In this document: piece after piece, positions 39,436 to 51,800 of the stretch
Position numbering within the stretch: position 1 is the first letter of the stretch
How the letters are laid out: each line of letters starts with the position of its first letter
Source of the DNA: Nemertoderma westbladi
Lineage: Eukaryota; Animalia; Xenacoelomorpha
DNA length: 64,000 nt
Direction: 5' to 3'
NCBI GenBank assembly: GCA_032718475.1
Contig: JAUCBJ010001975.1
Location: 36,649-100,648, forward strand
Notes under the pieces: generated by a model
The model's database searches: none
Seen by the model: only the letters and a program-made list of their open reading frames with translations
What the model was told of the DNA's origin: nothing
Position numbers and translations under genes: made by a program

Positions 39436-41214
39436 CTATATAGTGGTACTTTTATTTAATTGTCAAGCAATGAAGTAAAAACCTTACCGGTAGGTAGGCA
39501 GTACAAATGAAACAGTAAAAAAGCAACTGACCTGTAGACGTTGCATGCAATCAGTGATCAGCTTACAACTGTCAGATGATCAGTAGGTTTCGCCCCAATG
39601 GGGGCTTTCTCAAGTAGCTAGTGCTAGAAAGGAGACAATAGTAAATTGAAACAAGGTAGAAGTGTATCCGTCTAACCATTGGGAAGCAGCACCTCAAACT
39701 TGCGCCAATCACGTTTCTGTTTGTTAATGGCGGGCTGACGCGTACGTATATAAAACATTTCAAGTTTTTGCAGGACAGGCCGCAATGGGTGCCGTGCAAT
39801 TACTTTGAAATGCTTGAAGAACTCAAGCCAGTCCGTCAACCACCGGGTATTGGGCTCGCCGCGGTGTGTCATGATATGGTTGTGAACTGTCTTGCCTTGT
39901 TCACTACCATCATTGGCCGACCCGTCTTGATGCTGTCTAACGCGTTCAAACAAGTGCTGGATGGTGTGTCCAACATATTCCCCCTTACAAGCGGGACAAG
40001 AGAAAGAATAAACGACGTTAGACGCAAGAATATCTGGAACCGGATGTTTCAATAATGGTAGTGATTGGCGCAGTTTGGCAGTTGTGTAAACAAACCGCAC
40101 TGGCCGTGTGCAAGACCTTGGTGCTAGACCACGCAACCTACGAACAAAAAGTTCGGTGGCCCGACCGCGGTACTCAAACTTACAGATAATGGGCCTGGGA
40201 TTTTCCGACGGTTCCGGCTCCACCGGGTCAATGACCTCGGTGGGTGTAACCGCAGTCACCTCGCTCTCACTACTATTGCCAGGACGCCCCCTAGCGGCAC
40301 GGACGGCGGCAAGCTCACGCTGAATCATCGCATTTGTATATTGGTTATTGCTAAGAATAATATTAGCTTCCCCAATTGCATTATTGACCTGGGAGCCATC
40401 CCCGCCCTTACTGACGTTAATAATGCGATGAAACATTCCACGAACTACCCCCCGTTTATATGATTCCGGGGCACAAGCAGTAGCATTGAGAACGAGCCCG
40501 GTATCTGTACCACGCCGTCGCAAGCTCGTGATCGGTACGGGACACAACCAAATCCAGGAAAGGCAAGCGGCCCTGTTCCTCCAACTCAAGTGTAAACCTA
40601 AGATTGGGGTGGAGGGCATTGACCTATCTCAACTTCTGAGTGGGGTCGTTATTACCAACACTGAACACGTCATCAACATACCTCTCACTAAGCTTGGTAC
40701 CCACTGCGATGTGCTCGTCAAACTGTGACAGAAAGATGTTGGCGAGTATGGGACCCAATGGGGAACCCATGGCGACACCATTCTTCTGACAGCAGTAGTT
40801 ACCACGGTGAACTAGGAATACAACATCCTGTGTAGCCACCAACATTTGACGAATAAATTGGTCTTTGTTGATAGGCTGGTCACGATGTTGCTCGTACAGT
40901 AGATCAGCAGCAAGATGCACCGCCTCCTTAAGTGGAACGTTAGTGAATAAACTCACAACGTCCAGGGAGTAGAGGCGGTCCGTGGGTTCTACCTCCAGTG
41001 CAGCGAGACGATCGGCAGCCACAGTGCTGTTAGTACCGATTCTACCCTCTGTCAGCACCTCCAACATGTCCCTGAGATACTCAGCGACAGGGTGGTAGAT
41101 GCTGCCAGGCATTGAAGTTATCGGGCGGAGAGGGACACCAGCCTTGTGGACCTTGGCGAAGCCATACAGCCTCGGGGGAGTAGTATCCTTGCGAGGTAGT
41201 AACCATTGTCAATA
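39436..41214 (-). mobile_element. 5'-truncated, inactivated Penelope-like retroelement (RT + GIY-YIG endonuclease)
   Basis: RT motifs PRLYGFAKVHK..VPLRPI, SLDVVSLFTNVP, QKNGVAMGSPLGPILANIFL, RYVDD, and LPFLD after an in-frame TAG at 40624-40626. A frameshift near 40505 precedes TDTGLVLN. GIY-YIG motif NVVYSFSCPACKGEYVGHT..HLFERVRQH. ORF ends at 39672. Confidence 0.92.
39520..39620 (-). ncRNA. Putative hammerhead ribozyme-like motif in the Penelope 3' terminal region
   Basis: Minus strand AGCUAC-UUGAGAA-A-GCCCC(CAUU)GGGGC-GAAA-CCU: U3/A8 covariant of the CUGANGA box, a perfect 5-bp stem II and the GAAA box. Candidate GUU or GUC cleavage triplets lie downstream. Stems I and III are ambiguous. 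Confidence 0.55.
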
Positions 41215-41317
41215 ATTGTTATGTAGACCTTGCTATTGTAATATAGACCTTGCTATTGTTATGTAGACCTGGTTATTGTAATGTAGACCTGGCTTATTGT
41301 ACATGTTGTTTCTATAG

Positions 41318-41438
41318 GTTTGTGGTCCAGCTTGCTCACAGAACTGCGAAAACTTTGCTGCCGGTATCGCCGGAAGTAATGTTTGTGACCAACAATGCGT
41401 CGAGGGTTGTTACTGTCCTAAGGGCCAAGTGTTGGATG
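41318..41438 (+). CDS. Exon (121 nt, phase 0/1): TIL domain, VCGPACSQNCENFAAGIAGSNVCDQQCVEGCYCPKGQVLDG
   Basis: Acceptor gttgtttctatag|G and donor G|GTAAGT. TIL signature 'CG.AC...C...C...CVEGC.CP.G.VL'. Confidence 0.94.
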
Positions 41439-41814
41439 GTAAGTAGACACAATGTAGGCCTATATATTGACCAATCAGAGCTCTGTCTTTGTTTGGATAT
41501 CAGGATAAAGACCTACAGTAAAAGTTTCTTATTTAAGTCGTAATAAAATATATTCTTTGGCATAATAACGATGATTCACTTACTACTACTATTAAGTTGT
41601 GAATTTGGTTGTATTTTATTTTCACTAAAAAACAAACATCATTTGCTTAATATAGATTAAGTGAATAATAAACAATTTAAATTCAATAATTTTTTATTTA
41701 CATATATTGTTTATGTACGAAAATATCAATAGTAATAATAATGAATTTCTGTTAGAAAGAATTTTATAATTTTGTATTTTTCAATTAAATATTTTCCATT
41801 TTAACTTAATTTAG

Positions 41815-41895
41815 GTTCAAGATGTGTAGATCCTAACGACCCAGTTGATGGATGTCAGTGTTACAGCGAAAAAACCGGCAAACATTACCCACCAG
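41815..41895 (+). CDS. Exon (81 nt, phase 1/1): TIL end / E-module start, SRCVDPNDPVDGCQCYSEKTGKHYPPG
   Basis: Acceptor ttaacttaatttag|G and donor CAG|GTTAAT. In frame with both neighbours, with the 'CV...C.C......G..Y.PG' pattern. Confidence 0.88.
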
Positions 41896-42728
41896 GTTAA
41901 TCATACATACATTTTAAATCGGCAAGCATTACCTACCAGGTTAATCATATATACATTTTAAATTGGCAAACATTACCTACCAGGTTAATCATACATACAT
42001 TTTAAATTGGCAAGCATTACCTACCAGGTTAATCATATATACATTTTAAATTGGCAAACATTACCTACCAGGTTAATCATACATACATTTTAAATTGGCA
42101 AGCATTACCTACCAGGTTAATCATACATACATTTTAAATTGGCAAGCATTACCTACCAGGTTAATCATATATACATTTTAAATTGGCAAGCATTAACCAC
42201 CAGGTAAATCATACATTTTAAATTGGCAAGTGTTACCTACCACGTTAATCATACATACATTTTAAATTGGCAAGCATTACCCACCAGGTTAATCATACAT
42301 ACATTTTAAATTGGCAAGCATTACCTACCAGGTTAATCATACATACATTTTAAATTGGCAAGCATTACCCACCAGGTTAATCATACATACATTTTAAATT
42401 GGCAAGCATTACCTACCAGGATAATCATATATACATTTTAAATTGGAAAACATTACCTACCAGGTTAATCATACATACATTTTAAATTGGCAAGCATTAC
42501 CTACCAGGTTAATCATATATACATTTTAAATTGGCAAGCATTAACCACCAGGTAAATCATACATTTTACAGGTTAAACATACATTTTAAATTGGCAAACA
42601 TTACCCACCAGGTAAATCATACATTTTAAATTGGCAAGCATTACCCACCAGGTTAATCATACATGCATTTTAAATTGGCAAACATTACCCACCACGTTAA
42701 TCAAACATACATTTTAAATTGGCAAGCA
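41877..42728 (+). repeat. 44-bp minisatellite spanning the exon end and 5' splice site (about 19 copies)
   Basis: Monomer GGCAA(A/G)CATTACC(C/T)ACCAG|GTTAATCATACATACATTTTAAATT. The first copy includes the last 19 exon nt and the real donor at 41896. Confidence 0.95.
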
Positions 42729-42850
42729 AAGGCATAATTCAATAAATAAATCCCAATAATACTACTGAAACATTTAACTTATTGTACCGGTACTGCTCTT
42801 ATGTTTACTAATAATTAAACTTTTCAGGCAACATAATTTACTTATTATTT

Positions 42851-45800
42851 ATACCATGACAGGTAGCGTTCTCTTTTTACAAATATTTTATATTTTCTGT
42901 TCTATTTTACTAATATTTTGCCATTACAGGTAGCGTTCTCTATTTTACTAATATTTTGCCATTACAGGTAGCGTTCTCTATTTTACTAATATTTTGCCAT
43001 TACAGGTAGCATTCTCTATTTTACTAATATTTTGCCATTACAGGTAGCGTTCTCTATTTTACTAATATTTTGCCATTATAGGTAGCGTTCTCTATTTTAC
43101 TAATATTTTGCCATTACAGGTAGCGTTCTCTATTTTACTAATATTTTGCCATTACAGGTAGCGTTCTCTATTTTACTAATATTTTGCCATTACAGGTAGC
43201 GTTCTCAATTTTACTAATATTTTGCCATTATAGGTAGCGTTCTCTATTTTACTAATATTTTGCCATTATTGGTAGCATTCTCTATTTTACTAATATTTTG
43301 CCATTATAGGTAGCGTTCTCTATTTTACTAATATTTTGCCATTATAGGTAGCGTTCTCTATTTTACTAATATTTTGCCATTATTGGTAGCATTCTCTATT
43401 TTACTAATATTTTGCCATTATAGGTAGCGTTCTCTATTTTACTAATATTTTGCCATTATTGGTAGCGTTCTCTATTTTACTAATATTTTGCCTTATAGGT
43501 AGCGTTCTCTATTTTACTAATATTTTGCCATTATAGGTAGCGTTCTCTATTTTACTAATATTTTGCCATTATAGGTAGCGTTCTCTATTTTACTAATATT
43601 TTGCCATTACAGGTAGCGTTCTCTATTTTACTAATATTTTGCCATTACAGGTAGCGTTCTCTATTTTACTAATATTTAGCCATTATAGGTAGCGTTCTCT
43701 ATTTTACTAATATTTTGCCATTATAGGTAGCGTTCTCTATTTTACTAATATTTTGCCATTACAGGTAGCGTTCTCTATTTTACTAATATTTTGCCATTAT
43801 AGGTAGCGTTCTCTATTTTACTAATATTTTGCCATTATAGGTAGCGTTCTCTATTTTACTAATATTTTGCCATTATAGGTAGCGTTCTCTATTTACTAAT
43901 ATTTTGCCATTACAGGTAGCGTTCTCTATTTTACTAATATTTTGCCATTATAGGTAGCGTTCTCTATTTTACTAATATTTTCCCATTATAGGTAGCGTTC
44001 TCTATTTTACTAATATTTTCCCATTATAGGTAGCGTTCTCTATTTTACTAATATTTTGCCATTATAGGTAGCGTTCTCTATTTTACTAATATTTTGCCAT
44101 TATAGGTAGCGTTCTCTATTTTACTAATATTTTGCCATTATAGGTAGCGTTCTCTATTTTACTAATATTTTCCCATTATAGGTAGCGTTCTCTATTTTAC
44201 TAATATTTTGCCATTACAGGTAGCGTTCTCTATTTTACTAATATTTTGCCATTACAGGTAGCGTTCTCTATTTTACTAATATTTTCCCATTATAGGTAGC
44301 GTTCTCTATTTTACTAATATTTTCCCATTATAGGTAGCGTTCTCTATTTTACTAATATTTTCCCATTATAGGTAGCGTTCTCTATTTTACTAATATTTTC
44401 CCATTATAGGTAGCGTTCTCTATTTTACTAATATTTTCCCATTATAGGTAGCGTTCTCTATTTTACTAATATTTTCCCATTATAGGTAGCGTTCTCTATT
44501 TTACTAATATTTTCCCATTATAGGTAGCGTTCTCTATTTTACTAATATTTTGCCATTACAGGTAGCGTTCTCTATTTTACTAATATTTTGCCATTACAGG
44601 TAGCGTTCTCTATTTTACTAATATTTTGCCATTATAGGTAGCGTTCTCTATTTTACTAATATTTTGCCATTATTGGTAGCATTCTCTATTTTACTAATAT
44701 TTTGCCATTATAGGTAGCGTTCTCTATTTTACTAATATTTTGCCATTACAGGTAGCGTTCTCTATTTTACTAATATTTTGCCATTATTGGTAGCATTCTC
44801 TATTTTACTAATATTTTGCCATTATAGGTAGCGTTCTCTATTTTACTAATATTTTGCCATTACAGGTAGCGTTCTCTATTTTACTAATATTTTGCCATTA
44901 CAGGTAGCGTTCTCTATTTTACTAATATTTTGCCATTATAGGTAGCGTTCTCTATTTTACTAATATTTTCCCATTATAGGTAGCGTTCTCTATTTTACTA
45001 ATATTTTCCCATTATAGGTAGCGTTCTCTATTTTACTAATATTTTGCCATTATAGGTAGCGTTCTCTATTTTACTAATATTTTGCCATTATTGGTAGCAT
45101 TCTCTATTTTACTAATATTTTGCCATTATAGGTAGCGTTCTCTATTTTACTAATATTTTGCCATTACAGGTAGCGTTCTCTGTTTTACTAATATTTTGCC
45201 ATTACAGGTAGCGTTCTCTATTTTACTAATATTTTGCCATTATAGGTAGCGTTCTCTATTTTACTAATATTTTCCCATTATAGGTAGCGTTCTCTATTTT
45301 ACTAATATTTTCCCATTATAGGTAGCGTTCTCTATTTTACTAATATTTTCCCATTATTGGTAGCGTTCTCTATTTTACTAATATTTTGCCATTATTGGTA
45401 GCGTTCTCTATTTTACTAATATTTTGCCATTATAGGTAGCGTTCACTATTTTACTAATATTTTCCCATTATAGGTAGCGTTCTCTATTTTACTAATATTT
45501 TGCCATTATTGGTAGCGTCCTCTATTTTACTAATATTTTGCCATTATAGGTAGCGTTCTCTATTTTACTAATATTTTCCCATTATAGGTAGCGTTCTCTA
45601 TTTTACTAATATTTTGCCATTATAGGTAGCGTTCTCTATTTTACTAATATTTTGCCTTATAGGTAGCGTTCTCTATTTTACTAATATTTTGCCATTACAG
45701 GTAGCGTTCTCTATTTTACTAATATTTTGCCATTATAGGTAGCGTTCTCTATTTTACTAATATTTTGCCATTATAGGTAGCGTTCTCTATTTCACTAATA

Positions 45801-48800
45801 TTTTGCCATTATAGGTAGCGTTCTCTATTTTACTATTATTTTGCCATTATTGGTAGCGTTCTCTATTTTACTAATATTTTGCCATTATAGGTAGCGTTCT
45901 CTATTTTACTAATATTTTGCCATTACAGGTAGCGTTCTCTATTTTACTAATATTTTGCCATTATAGGTAGCGTTCTCTATTTTACTAATATTTTGCCATT
46001 ATAGGTAGCGTTCTCTATTTTACTATTATTTTGCCATTATTGGTAGCGTTCTCTATTTTACTAATATTTTGCCATTACAGGTAGCGTTCTCTATTTTACT
46101 AATATTTTGCCATTATAGGTAGCGTTCTCTATTTTACTAATATTTTGCCATTACAGGTAGCGTTCTCTATTTTACTAATATTTTGCCATTATAGGTAGCG
46201 TTCTCTATTTTACTAATATTTTGCCATTACAGGTAGCGTTCTCTATTTTACTAATATTTTGCCATTACAGGTAGCGTTCTCTATTTTACTAATATTTTGC
46301 CATTATAGGTAGCGTTCTCTATTTTACTAATATTTTCCCATTATAGGTAGCGTTCTCTATTTTACTATTATTTTGCCATTATTGGTAGCGTTCTCTATTT
46401 TACTAATATTTTGCCATTACAGGTAGCGTTCTCTATTTTACTAATATTTTGCCATTATAGGTAGCGTTCTCTATTTTACTAATATTTTGCCATTACAGGT
46501 AGCGTTCTCTATTTTACTAATATTTTGCCATTATAGGTAGCGTTCTCTATTTTACTAATATTTTGCCATTACAGGTAGCGTTCTCTATTTTACTAATATT
46601 TTGCCATTATAGGTAGCGTTCTCTATTTTACTAATATTTTGCCATTACAGGTAGCGTTCTCTATTTTACTAATATTTTGCCATTACAGGTAGCGTTCTCT
46701 ATTTTACTAATATTTTGCCATTATAGGTAGCGTTCTCTATTTTACTAATATTTTGCCATTATAGGTAGCGTTCTCTATTTTACTAATATTTTGCCATTAC
46801 AGGTAGCGTTCTCTATTTTACTAATATTTTGCCATTATAGGTAGCGTTCTCTATTTTACTAATATTTTGCCATTACAGGTAGCGTTCTCTATTTTACTAA
46901 TATTTTGCCATTATAGGTAGCGTTCTCTATTTTACTAATATTTTGCCATTATAGGTAGCGTTCTCTATTTTACTAATATTTTGCCATTACAGGTAGCGTT
47001 CTCTATTTTACTAATATTTTGCCATTATAGGTAGCGTTCTCTATTTTACTAATATTTTCCCATTATAGGTAGCGTTCTCTATTTTACTAATATTTTGCCA
47101 TTATAGGTAGCGTTCTCTATTTTACTAATATTTTGCCATTACAGGTAGCGTTCTCTATTTTACTAATATTTTGCCATTATAGGTAGCGTTCTCTATTTTA
47201 CTAATATTTTGCCATTACAGGTAGCGTTCTCTATTTTACTAATATTTTGCCATTATAGGTAGCGTTCTCTATTTTACTAATATTTTGCCATTACAGGTAG
47301 CGTTCTCTATTTTACTAATATTTTGCCATTATAGGTAGCGTTCTCTATTTTACTAATATTTTGCCATTACAGGTAGCGTTCTCTATTTTACTAATATTTT
47401 GCCATTACAGGTAGCGTTCTCTATTTTACTAATATTTTGCCATTACAGGTAGCGTTCTCTATTTTACTAATATTTTGCCATTACAGGTAGCGTTCTCTAT
47501 TTTACTAATATTTTGCCATTATAGGTAGCGTTCTCTATTTTACTAATATTTTGCCATTATAGGTAGCGTTCTCTATTTTACTAATATTTTGCCATTATAG
47601 GTAGCGTTCTCTATTTTACTAATATTTTGCCATTATAGGTAGCGTTCTCTATTTTACTAATATTTTGCCATTATAGGTAGCGTTCTCTATTTTACTAATA
47701 TTTTCCCATTACAGGTAGCATTCTCTATTTTACTAATATTTTGCCATTACAGGTAGCGTTCTCTATTTTACTAATATTTTGCCATTACAGGTAGCGTTCT
47801 CTATTTTACTAATATTTTGCCATTACAGGTAGCGTTCTCTATTTTACTAATATTTTGCCATTACAGGTAGCGTTCTCTTTTTACAAATATTTTATATTTT
47901 CTGTTCTATTTTACTAATATTTTGCCATTACAGGTAGCGTTCTCTATTTTACTAATATTTTGCCATTACAGGTAGCATTCTCTATTTTACTAATATTTTG
48001 CCATTACAGGTAGCGTTCTCTATTTTACTAATATTTTGCCATTACAGGTAGCGTTCTCTATTTTACTAATATTTTGCCATTACAGGTAGCGTTCTCTATT
48101 TTACTAATATTTTCCCATTATAGGTAGCGTTCTCTATTTTACTAATATTTTGCCATTATAGGTAGCGTTCTCTATTTTACTAATATTTTGCCATTACAGG
48201 TAGCGTTCTCTATTTTACTAATATTTTGCCATTACAGGTAGCGTTCTCTATTTTACTTATATTTTCCCATTACAGGTAGCGTTCTCTATTTTACTAATAT
48301 TTTGCCATTATAGGTAGCGTTCTCTATTTTACTAATATTTTGCCATTACAGGTAGCGTTCTCTATTTTACTAATATTTTGCCATTACAGGTAGCGTTCTC
48401 TATTTTACTAATATTTTGCCATTATAGGTAGCGTTCTCTATTTTACTAATATTTTGCCATTACAGGTAGCATTCTCTATTTTACTAATATTTTGCCATTA
48501 TAGGTAGCGTTCTCTATTTTACTAATATTTTGCCATTACAGGTAGCGTTCTCTATTTTACTAATATTTTGCCATTATAGGTAGCGTTCTCTATTTTACTA
48601 ATATTTTGCCATTACAGGTAGCGTTCTCTATTTTACTAATATTTTGCCATTACAGGTAGCGTTCTCTATTTTACTAATATTTTGCCATTATAGGTAGCGT
48701 TCTCTATTTTACTAATATTTTGCCTTATAGGTAGCGTTCTCTATTTTACTAATATTTTGCCATATAGGTAGCGTTCTCTATTTTACTAATATTTTGCCTT

Positions 48801-51800
48801 ATAGGTAGCGTTCTCTATTTTACTAATATTTTGCCATTATTGGTAGCGTTCTCTATTTTACTAATATTTTGCCATTATTGGTAGCGTTCTCTATTTTGCT
48901 AATATTTTGTCATTATAGGTAGCGTTCTCTATTTTACTAATATTTTGCCATTATAGGTAGCGTTCACTATTTTACTAATATTTTGCCATTATAGGTAGCG
49001 TTCTCTATTTTACTAATATTTTCCCATTATAGGTAGCGTTCTCTATTTTACTAATATTTTGCCATTATAGGTAGCGTTCTCTATTTTACTAATATTTTCC
49101 CATTACAGGTAGCATTCTCTATTTTACTAATATTTTGCCATTACAGGTAGCGTTCTCTATTTTACTAATATTTTGCCATTACAGGTAGCGTTCTCTATTT
49201 TACTAATATTTTGCCATTACAGGTAGCGTTCTCTATTTTACTAATATTTTGCCATTACAGGTAGCGTTCTCTTTTTACAAATATTTTATATTTTCTGTTC
49301 TATTTTACTAATATTTTGCCATTACAGGTAGCGTTCTCTATTTTACTAATATTTTGCCATTACAGGTAGCATTCTCTATTTTACTAATATTTTGCCATTA
49401 CAGGTAGCGTTCTCTATTTTACTAATATTTTGCCATTACAGGTAGCGTTCTCTATTTTACTAATATTTTGCCATTACAGGTAGCGTTCTCTATTTTACTA
49501 ATATTTTCCCATTATAGGTAGCATTCTCTATTTTACTAATATTTTGCCATTACAGGTAGCGTTCTCTATTTTACTAATATTTTGCCATTACAGGTAGCGT
49601 TCTCTATTTTACTAATATTTTGCCATTATAGGTAGCGTTCTCTATTTTACTAATATTTTCCCATTATAGGTAGCGTTCTCTATTTTACTAATATTTTGCC
49701 ATTACAGGTAGCGTTCTCTATTTTACTAATATTTTGCCTTATAGGTAGCGTTCTCTATTTTACTAATATTTTGCCATTACAGGTAGCGTTCTCTATTTTA
49801 CTAATATTTTGCCATTACAGGTAGCGTTCTCTATTTTACTAATATTTTGCCTTATAGGTAGCGTTCTCTATTTTACTAATATTTTGCCATTATAGGTAGC
49901 GTTCTCTATTTTACTAATATTTTGCCATTATAGGTAGCGTTCACTATTTTACTAATATTTTCCCATTATAGGTAGCGTTCTCTATTTTACTAATATTTTG
50001 CCATTATAGGTAGCGTTCTCTATTTTACTAATATTTTGCCATTACAGGTAGCGTTCTCTATTTTACTAATATTTTGCCATTATAGGTAGCGTTCTCTATT
50101 TTACTAATATTTTGCCATTACAGGTAGCGTTCTCTATTTTACTAATATTTTGCCATTACAGGTAGCGTTCTCTATTTTACTAATATTTTGCCATTACAGG
50201 TAGCGTTCTCTATTTTACTAATATTTTGCCATTATTGGTAGCGTTCTCTATTTTACTAATATTTTGCCATTATAGGTAGCGTTCTCTATTTTACTAATAT
50301 TTTCCCATTATTGGTAGCGTTCATTATTTTACTAATATTTTGCCATTATAGGTAGCGTTCTCTATTTTACTAATATTTTCCCATTAGAGGTAGCGTCTCT
50401 ATTTCACTAATATTTTGCCATTACAGGTAGCGTTCTCTATTTTACTAATATTTTGCCATTATAGGTAGCGTTCTCTATTTTACTAATATTTTCCCATTAG
50501 AGGTAGCGTCTCTATTTTACTAATATTTTGCCATTATAGGTAGCGTTCTCTATTTTACTAATATTTTCCCATTAGAGGTAGCGTCTCTATTTTACTAATA
50601 TTTTGCCATTACAGGTAGCGTTCTCTATTTTACTAATATTTTGCCATTATAGGTAGCGTTCTCTATTTTACTAATATTTTGCCATTACAGGTAGCGTTCT
50701 CTATTTTACTAATATTTTGCCATTATAGGTAGCGTTCTCTATTTTACTAATATTTTGCCATTACAGGTAGCGTTCTCTATTTTACTAATATTTTGCCATT
50801 ATAGATAGCGTTCTCTATTTTACTAATATTTTGCCATTACAGGTAGCGTTCTCTATTTTACTAATATTTTGCCATTACAGGTAGCGTTCTCTATTTTACT
50901 AATATTTTGCCATTATAGGTAGCGTTCTCTATTTTACTAATATTTTGCCTTATAGGTAGCGTTCTCTATTTTACTAATATTTTGCCATATAGGTAGCGTT
51001 CTCTATTTTACTAATATTTTGCCTTATAGGTAGCGTTCTCTATTTTACTAATACTTTGCCATTATTGGTAGCGTTCTCTATTTTACTAATATTTTGCCAT
51101 TATTGGTAGCGTTCTCTATTTTGCTAATATTTTGTCATTATAGGTAGCGTTCTCTATTTTACTAATATTTTGCCATTATAGGTAGCGTTCACTATTTTAC
51201 TAATATTTTGCCATTATAGGTAGCGTTCTCTATTTTACTAATATTTTCCCATTATAGGTAGCGTTCTCTATTTTACTAATATTTTGCCATTATAGGTAGC
51301 GTTCACTATTTTACTAATATTTTGCCATTATAGGTAGCGTTCTCTATTTTACTAATATTTTGCCATTATAGGTAGCGTTCTCTATTTTACTATTATTTTG
51401 CCATTATAGGTAGCGTTCTCTATTTTACTAATATTTTCCCATTACAGGTAGCATTCTCTATTTTACTAATATTTTGCCATTACAGGTAGCGTTCTCTATT
51501 TTACTAATATTTTGCCATTACAGGTAGCGTTCTCTATTTTACTAATATTTTGCCATTACAGGTAGCGTTCTCTATTTTACTAATATTTTGCCATTACAGG
51601 TAGCGTTCTCTTTTTACAAATATTTTATATTTTCTGTTCTATTTTACTAATATTTTGCCATTACAGGTAGCGTTCTCTATTTTACTAATATTTTGCCATT
51701 ACAGGTAGCATTCTCTATTTTACTAATATTTTGCCATTACAGGTAGCGTTCTCTATTTTACTAATATTTTGCCATTACAGGTAGCGTTCTCTATTTTACT

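Noticed and set aside
39672-41112. Two separate functional genes or an active retroelement
   Set aside because: One PLE ORF broken by a nonsense codon and a frameshift, and 5'-truncated.
37346-41301. 20-bp repeat as another splice-junction-derived array
   Set aside because: It ends about 16 nt before the acceptor at 41317 and includes no exon sequence. The 76-, 39-, 15- and 22-bp arrays likewise do not span junctions.
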